A stretch of DNA of 64,000 bases from an uncultured Flavobacteriaceae bacterium. Its GTDB lineage: Bacteria > Bacteroidota > Bacteroidia > Flavobacteriales > Flavobacteriaceae. The notes below the pieces were generated by a model, which saw nothing but the letters and a program-made list of their open reading frames with translations, had not been told where the DNA came from and did not search any database. A program made the position numbers and the translations under genes. How positions within the stretch are numbered: the first letter of the stretch is position 1; each line of letters begins with the position of its first letter. Where the stretch lies: contig CANNCA010000004.1 in NCBI GenBank assembly GCA_947503005.1, positions 144,324-208,323 on the forward strand, read 5' to 3'. Below, piece after piece: positions 9,976 through 16,751 of the stretch.

Positions 9976-10007
9976 AAAAGGATGGGCGTGCACCCGTCCT
10001 TTTTTTT
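9976..10007. terminator. Bidirectional intrinsic-terminator-like hairpin inside the susC 5' leader
   Basis: aaaaggatggg (9976-9986), loop cgtgca, cccgtcc (9993-9999), then T8 (10000-10007). The A-tract before and T-tract after give terminator geometry on both strands. A second perfect 8-bp hairpin (attacttc 9942-9949 / gaagtaat 9960-9967) lies adjacent. Confidence 0.5.
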
Positions 10008-10061
10008 AGGCAAGATTTTTATTTTTCCATATAGTTCGTTAGTTCTTTGAGTGATTGAAAT

Positions 10062-10116
10062 TGGTTTTCCATTTTGGTTTTCCATACTGGTTAACCAATT
10101 TGGTTTACCAAATATA
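10062..10116 (-). promoter_or_regulatory. susC promoter: -7 box TATATTTG fused to four 13-bp-phased TGGTTnnCCA boxes
   Basis: Boxes: TGGTTTTCCA 10062-10071, TGGTTTTCCA 10075-10084, TGGTTAACCA 10088-10097, TGGTTTACCA 10101-10110. CAAATATA at 10109-10116 equals TATATTTG on the minus strand and matches the Bacteroidota TAnnTTTG -7 consensus. Confidence 0.65.
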
Positions 10117-10229
10117 TGTTATTACTTTGTTAAATAAAAATTAATTTAAAATTTTATGATTTGAATTTTAGGAACCTAACAATAAAGTTGCCATTGGGTT
10201 AAGAAATTCTCATTTAGGGTGCTTTCGTA

Positions 10230-10982
10230 CTATGAAAAAACAAGTCCCCCGTTGATATCAACGTTCGCACCTGTCATAAAAGATGTTTCGGAAGAAGCCA
10301 AACAAGCGACAGTATTCGCGATTTCTTCTGCTGTGCCTTGTCTACGAAGTGGCGTCATACCTTCTACTTTTTTGCGAACTTCATCTTTGGTAAAATCATC
10401 ATGAAATTTGGTAGCTATCATTCCTGGACACAAAGAATTTACCCGAATACCTTTCGGTCCCACTTCTTTTGCTAAACCTCTGGTAAAGGTCATTACTGCG
10501 CCTTTTGAAGTTGCGTATGCCAAAGACCCGCCACCACCGCCATCTCTACCCGCTTGGGAGGCAATGTTCACTATTGAACCCCCGGACCCCATATGTGGCA
10601 AAGCCGCCTTGGATACCAAAAATGTAGAGTTCAAGTTTAAGAACATAACCTTATTGAAGAAAGACTCATCCATTTCCGCGATTGTTTTCCTAGCCACTAA
10701 ACCTCCTGCATTGTTGACTACAATATCAATAGTGTCACCGAAAGCTGCTGTTGTTTCTTTAATCAAATTGTCAACATCCGATTTTTTGGTCATATCGCCT
10801 TTGACAATAATGGCAGTTCCACCTGTAGCTTCTATTTCTTTCAAGGTTTCTTTGGCATTTTCTTCGTTGTGAAAGTAATTGGCAACTACTTTTGCACCTT
10901 CCTTTGCCAATCTCGCACTTATCGCCCTTCCTATATCTCTTGTTCCACCAGTTACAATGGCCACTTTTCCTTTCAAATCCAT
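10230..10982 (-). CDS. SDR-family oxidoreductase (candidate DEH / 2-keto-3-deoxy sugar-acid reductase)
   Basis: 250 aa. It has a Rossmann motif (VAIVTGGTRDIGRAI), NNAG, and the catalytic YATSKGA. It lies in the alginate locus next to kdgF. Confidence 0.8.
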   Translation of the reverse strand: MDLKGKVAIVTGGTRDIGRAISARLAKEGAKVVANYFHNEENAKETLKEIEATGGTAIIVKGDMTKKSDVDNLIKETTAAFGDTIDIVVNNAGGLVARKTIAEMDESFFNKVMFLNLNSTFLVSKAALPHMGSGGSIVNIASQAGRDGGGGGSLAYATSKGAVMTFTRGLAKEVGPKGIRVNSLCPGMIATKFHDDFTKDEVRKKVEGMTPLRRQGTAEEIANTVACLASSETSFMTGANVDINGGLVFS

Positions 10983-11017
10983 AGATGTTGTTTTTAATTA
11001 ATTCATTATCGTCTTAA

Positions 11018-11782
11018 CTAAATATTGTATACGCCACCATTGATATCTAACGTTGCGCCAGTAATAAAGCCGTCATACTCTGATGCCAGATATAGGACCG
11101 CTCGAGCTACGTCATCTGCATTTCCGGCTCTTTGAATTGGAATGCCTGCAATTGTATTTTCTGCAGATTCTTGGGTTGTATGGGTGTTGTGGAATGAAGT
11201 GCCAAGAATTAGTCCGGGGGCCACGGCATTCACCCTTGTGCCTTGTGGACCCAACTCGGAAGCAAGTGCTCTTGTAAATGTTAAGATTGCTCCTTTACTG
11301 GTAGAATATACTAATGATCCAGGGTGACCCCCTTTACGTCCAGCAAGAGATGCCAAATTAACAATACTGCTATTGTCATTTTTTGCTAGATAAGGAGCTG
11401 CCGCTCGCGTCACGAACATCATGGAGGTAAGGTTGATGTCCATTACTCTGTGCCAGAATTCAGCCTCCATTTCGTTCAGCATTTTACGTGCAACAAGTGA
11501 ACCTGCATTGTTGATGAGTGTGTCTAAACCACCGAAAGCTTCTACTGCTTTTTCAACCAATGCGTTTGCATCAGCTTCTTTTGTTAAATCACCACCTATA
11601 GCAATCGCCTTTTGTCCCTTTCTAATTGCGTATTCCGTCAATTGGTCCGCCGTCTCGACGCTGGAAAAATAGTGGATGGCTACATTGGCTCCGCTATCAA
11701 TAAAGTGTTTGGTTATTGCTTCGCCAATGCCTTGCGCGCCTGCGGTGATGAGTACATTTTTTCCGGTCAGTTTACTTTTCAT
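11018..11782 (-). CDS. SDR-family oxidoreductase (second copy, divergent paralog)
   Basis: 254 aa. Motifs present: VLITAGAQGIGEAI, NNAG and YSTSKGA. Confidence 0.8.
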   Translation of the reverse strand: MKSKLTGKNVLITAGAQGIGEAITKHFIDSGANVAIHYFSSVETADQLTEYAIRKGQKAIAIGGDLTKEADANALVEKAVEAFGGLDTLINNAGSLVARKMLNEMEAEFWHRVMDINLTSMMFVTRAAAPYLAKNDNSSIVNLASLAGRKGGHPGSLVYSTSKGAILTFTRALASELGPQGTRVNAVAPGLILGTSFHNTHTTQESAENTIAGIPIQRAGNADDVARAVLYLASEYDGFITGATLDINGGVYNI

Positions 11783-11804
11783 CCCTTAGTTTTATTACCT
11801 TTCT

Positions 11805-12182
11805 TTAAGACTCTTTATCTCCAAAATAAGACACCCCGCCACCTGTTAAGAAATCTTCTCTTACAGGGCTAAAGGTGTCGATTAGTATTCCCTCTTCTAA
11901 GCAAACTGCACTGTGCAATAAATTAGGTTCAATATAGACCCCATCTCCTGCTTCTACGATTTTCTTTTCTCCATCAATTTCAAATTCAAATTTGCCCGAA
12001 ACACAATAAGTAGCTTGGGTATGAAAATGCTGATGTGGAGAACCTAATGCTCCTGTTTCGAATTTCACTTTTACCATCATAATTTGGTTATCGTAACCTA
12101 AGAATTTTCTTGATACCCCTCCACCGAGTTCTTCCCATTCCAGTTCTTTTGAGATGATGTACTTCTCACTAAATCGATTCAT
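11805..12182 (-). CDS. kdgF: Cupin-family KdgF-like protein (unsaturated uronate linearisation)
   Basis: 125 aa single cupin with metal-binding His motif (GSPHQHFHTQATYCVSGKFEF ... EPNLLHS). Its size and its position between lyases and SDRs are typical of kdgF in alginate and pectin loci. Confidence 0.75.
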   Translation of the reverse strand: MNRFSEKYIISKELEWEELGGGVSRKFLGYDNQIMMVKVKFETGALGSPHQHFHTQATYCVSGKFEFEIDGEKKIVEAGDGVYIEPNLLHSAVCLEEGILIDTFSPVREDFLTGGGVSYFGDKES

Positions 12183-12230
12183 TTTTTTATAATTTTAATA
12201 TTTTTTACTCTTTTCAAATAACCAAGTCAT

Positions 12231-14282
12231 TTACTTGGATGGTGTACCGGGGCCTACCGTTGCTTCTCTAAACCATACTTCGGCATAACTACCATTTTCA
12301 TATTGTTTGGCAATATCACCACCGTATGTTTCTGCGCCGGTACTCCATACCATATTAGTTTCAGGACTTTTACCATTGGTTTGGTTATAAACGCCTTGCT
12401 TGAAATAATTCAGTTCTCCACTGTAGGCCGTGGCTCGTTCTGTCCCATCTTGTCCTATGGGCACAAATAATCTCCTTGTTTGTTCCGGGAGGTCTGACTT
12501 ATTTACGTATTCGGATGCGATGAGATTTTTAGTAAATGTTTTTGTTTCATGCTTGTCACTTTTGAAGGTGAGATACATGATGCCTTTATATACATTTATT
12601 TCATAGCTGAATTCTTCACCCAGTTCTATTCCGTCCTTAGGCTCGGCCGGATAGTCATTTTTACCTGAACCTACAACAGACAGATCATACCCCCATACGG
12701 GGGTAGAAAAATCCCATCTGCCAGCATTGTCATCTCCTGCTGTATTGATTTCATAGTTCCAAAAGACAGAGCCTTTCGTGTGACCAGGAAACTTCTTGTA
12801 AAATATTTTCAGCGGTTCATTTTCATGTCCTTCACCGCTATGTATTTGCCCGATTACGGTTGAGTAAGAGGCAGCAACCCTCGCATCACCGGAAACAGAG
12901 ACTTGCATAACCTTGCAGGTACCTGTTAGTTTGCCACCTTCTTCAGGCGTCCATTCTCTTTTTTCGTGCAACTCCGTTCTGGTATTGCTGGAATTTTTTG
13001 AAGTGACACCAGAATTTGGTGTTTTATAGACCACCCAACGTCTGGTACCATCAATCACGGTGTAGAAAAAATCCTTGTGTTCAAACTCAGTGATATCTTC
13101 TACTGTAGTTCCATCGCCCAACAATATTTTAAATTTATCCATAAAAGGAATCACTTCGTTTGGATAGACTGTTTTTGTACTCATGCCATCGTTGGCCTCG
13201 AAATATCCGGCATTGGAGATGGCATCATCACTAATGGTAATATTTGCTGATTTAAACCAGACCTCCGCGTAATTTCCATCGGCGTATTGTTTTTGAAGAT
13301 CACCCCCATGGGTTTCGGCACCAGAACACCAGACTTTATTTACTTTAGGGTCTTTACCGTTTGTTTGGTTGTACGTTCCCAATTTGAAAAAGAGCCCCTC
13401 GCCAGTATACGCTTCGGTTCGCTCGAGGCCGTCCTGACCAATGGGGACGAATAGTTTGTTGACTTGTTCTGGTATGTCCGAACGATTCACATATTCAGAG
13501 GAAATAAGATTTTTAGTAAATGTTTTGGTTTCATGGCCTTCACTCGAGAATGTTAGATGCATCATACCCTTCTTAATCTCGACTTCATAACTGAATTCTT
13601 CACCTAGAGCAATTCCATCTTCCGGTTCTGGGGGATAGGTGTTTTCATTCGTGCCGACAACAGAAAAGTCGTAACCCCATATGGGATAGGAATAATCCCA
13701 TCTTTTTGAATTATCAACACCTGCGGTATTGATTTCATAGTGCCAAAAGACAGACCCTTTTTCATGACCAGGGAATTTTTTATAGAATATTTTGAGTGGT
13801 TCGTTCTCATGCCCATCCGCACTGTGAATCTGCCCCACCACTACCGAATATGTAGAAGCAACCCGAGCATCGCCCGTAGTTGACACATTCATTACTTTAA
13901 GGGTGGCATTCATTTTGGCATCGGTCATTGGCGACCATTTTTTTAACTGGGCCAATTCGGTTCTTGTATTGTTCGAAGTACCATGGGTATTTCCCGCATT
14001 TGGGGTTTTAAATACGACCCAATCGCCATTGTCGTCACTTTCCGTATAAAAGAAATCTTTGTGTTCATAATCAGTAGCCAGACCTACGTTGGAGCCATCG
14101 CCCAAGATTAAATTCCAATGTTGAAAAAATGGTATGATGCTGTGTGGATTACTTCCTTGTGCCATTTCATCACTTTTTGTGTCGCTTTCCTTTTTCGTTT
14201 TGTCCGCACAATTCATGAACAACAGGACACCTAGCATTAATGGATAAGGGAAAAAATTCGATTTAAATATTTTGAAGCTCAT
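12231..14282 (-). CDS. Two-domain (internally duplicated) PL7-superfamily beta-jelly-roll lyase, lipoprotein
   Basis: 683 aa with lipobox LLFMNCADK. It has two roughly 310-aa repeats. Each carries NNTRTEL, GQIHS..GHENEPLKIFYKKFPGH, and FFKLGTYNQ or YFKQGVYNQ, which follows the PL7-like R-x-E-L / QIH / YFKxGxYxQ pattern. The exact CAZy family is not certain. Confidence 0.7.
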   Translation of the reverse strand: MSFKIFKSNFFPYPLMLGVLLFMNCADKTKKESDTKSDEMAQGSNPHSIIPFFQHWNLILGDGSNVGLATDYEHKDFFYTESDDNGDWVVFKTPNAGNTHGTSNNTRTELAQLKKWSPMTDAKMNATLKVMNVSTTGDARVASTYSVVVGQIHSADGHENEPLKIFYKKFPGHEKGSVFWHYEINTAGVDNSKRWDYSYPIWGYDFSVVGTNENTYPPEPEDGIALGEEFSYEVEIKKGMMHLTFSSEGHETKTFTKNLISSEYVNRSDIPEQVNKLFVPIGQDGLERTEAYTGEGLFFKLGTYNQTNGKDPKVNKVWCSGAETHGGDLQKQYADGNYAEVWFKSANITISDDAISNAGYFEANDGMSTKTVYPNEVIPFMDKFKILLGDGTTVEDITEFEHKDFFYTVIDGTRRWVVYKTPNSGVTSKNSSNTRTELHEKREWTPEEGGKLTGTCKVMQVSVSGDARVAASYSTVIGQIHSGEGHENEPLKIFYKKFPGHTKGSVFWNYEINTAGDDNAGRWDFSTPVWGYDLSVVGSGKNDYPAEPKDGIELGEEFSYEINVYKGIMYLTFKSDKHETKTFTKNLIASEYVNKSDLPEQTRRLFVPIGQDGTERATAYSGELNYFKQGVYNQTNGKSPETNMVWSTGAETYGGDIAKQYENGSYAEVWFREATVGPGTPSK

Positions 14283-14306
14283 GTGAAATGATATGTGTTG
14301 TTAAAT

Positions 14307-14335
14307 TGGTTAACCAGTTTGGTTTACCAAAAATA
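14307..14335 (-). promoter_or_regulatory. Promoter/operator: -7 box TATTTTTG fused to TGGTAAACCA-N3-TGGTTAACCA
   Basis: TGGTTAACCA lies at 14307-14316 and TGGTTTACCA at 14320-14329. CAAAAATA at 14328-14335 equals TATTTTTG on the minus strand. The site is 24 bp upstream of the ATG at 14282. Confidence 0.65.
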
Positions 14336-14502
14336 CATTTATTTGTTAGACTACCAAATATTTAACAGAAAATCGGTTTGGCCGAGCAATAAAAAATTGT
14401 CTTTAATTGAACTAAAAACATAATAAATTGAAAAAGGTCTTATCTGAAATTTTTAAGGAAAATACACATAGAAGATAAACAGTGAATTACTACTTTTAAG
14501 AG

Positions 14503-16740
14503 CTATTCGTTGCGTATTAAATTCCAGACCTCTCCCGGCTTGAGTTCCTTTTCTGTCTTCTTTCCTTTAACATCTGTAATGGTCATAATGCTTTTCTCCG
14601 TTCCAAGCGCATGAATTTGAATTTTGTTGACGCAATGTTTTATGAAAAGATCCGTCTCCAAAGAAAGTTGAATGCTCAGTTCTTCAATTTTTAGGTTCTT
14701 TACGTCAAAGAAGTAAAAGCGATTATCCTTACTGATGCTTATTGAATTGTTACCAGCAGTTTCTCGGGCCGTATTATTTACATTCCATCCATAATAAGAG
14801 AATTCATCATCTGTTTCATCAATTCTATTGTCGTATCCCCGATAGGGGTAAATAAGTGTTATGAAACTAAAATTCTTTTGATTGATTTTTGAAACGATAC
14901 TCCAATTTTTCCCTCTTGCCCCTGAATTAACCACCGTATCTAATTTTGTTAACTGTAGAATATCATGACCACTCGCGTCTGGAGCCGTTGCTCGAATAAG
15001 ATAAGGGCCATTTTCATTGGTATAATGGCCCTGCCACACTTGTTTGTATTCATGTGGAGCTTCTGACGAGAAGTTATCTTTCACGATCCAAAAGTCATCC
15101 TTTACGAATATGACCTGTCTTGTATAGCTTACACCTACATTCTCAAATCCATCATGACTACCTATGAATAAATCAAAGTCTTCATTGGTTGACCATGCAA
15201 TGACTTCTGGGTTCGGCAAACTACCAAACTTGCCAAAACCACTTCCTCCTTTATTAGACGTCCATTGTTTACCTTGTAGCTCATCGTCAACTAGGGCGAC
15301 ATTTTTGACCTTTGAGTTTTTGAACAGTTCGAAATCCTTTAGCGAATAGCGTACTTGATAATTTGGTAAAATCACATGTCCATTTGCAATGGCCTGAACC
15401 CCTAGCATATCGCCATGTTGATGGTCAGGTTTCTCGTCGTCGAGGCCAGCGCTTACAATCATCATTTTGCTGTCAGGGTTCCAACCTTCACGCATTATAT
15501 AATAATGCGTGTCAGTAAAAGCGAGAGAGCCGTAAGAAGGTTTTATTCGTTGAATATTTTCAAGTAATTCAACCTGTGACTGATTTAGAAACCAGTACAT
15601 TCTTTCATCCACCTTGTCAGAAGCGAAATAGCCGAATTCAGGATCTTCAAAAAGTACATAACCCAAAGTCATCGCTCCGGAAATGTCATTTTTTTCTGCC
15701 CATGGTATTTCCGTATCATCTTGAAGTACGGGAGCGCTTTTATCAGGATAAGCAATTTTCACAAGCGTGGAGAACAGACCTTTAAGTTTGGTCGTCCAAT
15801 CATCGGCTAGCGGAATATGATTGACTTTGGCCAGTTGGTACACATAGTAGTAGTTATTTATGTCGCTCATGTGATAATGAACGGAACGTTCAAATTGAAA
15901 ACCGTCTTCATTGATTTCTTTATTTAAATGCTCATCAAGCCGCTGTATCGCCCTATTATACCACAAGTCAGTTCCTTCAAAATCACGAAAAAGAATGGAA
16001 AGCATCGCCAAGGCAGACATTCCTCTGGTCTGATGGTTACCAGGTTGAAACTTATCATTCCTATCATAAAGATGTTGGCCATGTTGTAAAAGCGTAGCTA
16101 TGGTTGTAAGCTGATCCTGATCGGAATATTCGGGCTCATTGAGAATCATGTTATGGATCCACAACCAATTAAGAATCCTGTAGCCCGACCTAAAAACCTC
16201 ATAAACCCCGTTACCATCTTCTATTCTTTCATATTGGCCGGATTCTAGCGCAGCATTAAGCGAACGGATCTGGTTTTCGAAATAGCTGATGTATTTTGGG
16301 TCTCTTTCCTCATTGAAATAAAGTAAAATAATATCTACCATCTTATGTTGCCTTGCCAAATGGCGCAGGGCATAGGCATTCACTTTTTGACCATTGAGAT
16401 AATTAAATGGCAAGATCCATTGTGTGGAATCAGTGTATTTTCCCAAATGATCCAAAGCTCTTTTTTTATGGACTTTCTCATTCTGATAGAGACCTTTGTA
16501 ATGTGGGAGTCTTTGGTCTAAGGTGTTATAATCATAGAAGAAGCGTTCAGAAAATCTTTCCCTGAAATATTTTGCCAGTTGTGCATCGGTTAGTTCCCCG
16601 TTTACTTCAATTTGCTCTATTACTTCATTTTTCAGAAAAGCTCCTAATTCATCATTTGTCAAAACTTTATTCGCGGGGATTTGCTGAGCAAAAAGACCAA
16701 GTGAAACGACTGAAACTAGATAGAAAACGTAAACTTTCAT
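14503..16740 (-). CDS. Heparinase II/III-like polysaccharide lyase (probably a PL17-type oligoalginate lyase; PL15-like not excluded)
   Basis: 745 aa with a signal peptide. It has an (alpha/alpha)-toroid-like N-half with an N-H pair (QPGNHQTRGMSA) and ERSVHYHM, then a beta-rich C-half. Its size and its position between PL6 and PL7 genes match flavobacterial alginate PULs. Confidence 0.6.
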   Translation of the reverse strand: MKVYVFYLVSVVSLGLFAQQIPANKVLTNDELGAFLKNEVIEQIEVNGELTDAQLAKYFRERFSERFFYDYNTLDQRLPHYKGLYQNEKVHKKRALDHLGKYTDSTQWILPFNYLNGQKVNAYALRHLARQHKMVDIILLYFNEERDPKYISYFENQIRSLNAALESGQYERIEDGNGVYEVFRSGYRILNWLWIHNMILNEPEYSDQDQLTTIATLLQHGQHLYDRNDKFQPGNHQTRGMSALAMLSILFRDFEGTDLWYNRAIQRLDEHLNKEINEDGFQFERSVHYHMSDINNYYYVYQLAKVNHIPLADDWTTKLKGLFSTLVKIAYPDKSAPVLQDDTEIPWAEKNDISGAMTLGYVLFEDPEFGYFASDKVDERMYWFLNQSQVELLENIQRIKPSYGSLAFTDTHYYIMREGWNPDSKMMIVSAGLDDEKPDHQHGDMLGVQAIANGHVILPNYQVRYSLKDFELFKNSKVKNVALVDDELQGKQWTSNKGGSGFGKFGSLPNPEVIAWSTNEDFDLFIGSHDGFENVGVSYTRQVIFVKDDFWIVKDNFSSEAPHEYKQVWQGHYTNENGPYLIRATAPDASGHDILQLTKLDTVVNSGARGKNWSIVSKINQKNFSFITLIYPYRGYDNRIDETDDEFSYYGWNVNNTARETAGNNSISISKDNRFYFFDVKNLKIEELSIQLSLETDLFIKHCVNKIQIHALGTEKSIMTITDVKGKKTEKELKPGEVWNLIRNE

Positions 16741-16751
16741 TTCGATTTAAG

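Noticed and set aside
9897-10085. 62-aa minus-strand ORF in the susC leader (possible leader peptide)
   Set aside because: Its start lies inside the repeated operator boxes and it runs through both hairpins. The composition looks non-coding. Regulatory DNA/RNA explains the region better.
10062-10110. Short regularly spaced repeats considered as a mini CRISPR-like array
   Set aside because: The repeats are 10 bp with 3-bp spacers, palindromic, and located at a promoter. There are no cas genes. This is an operator array, not a CRISPR.
10408-10872. 154-aa plus-strand ORF
   Set aside because: It is fully antisense to the SDR gene, which has clear Rossmann and YxxxK motifs. The Pro/Ala-rich mirror frame is typical of antisense artefacts.
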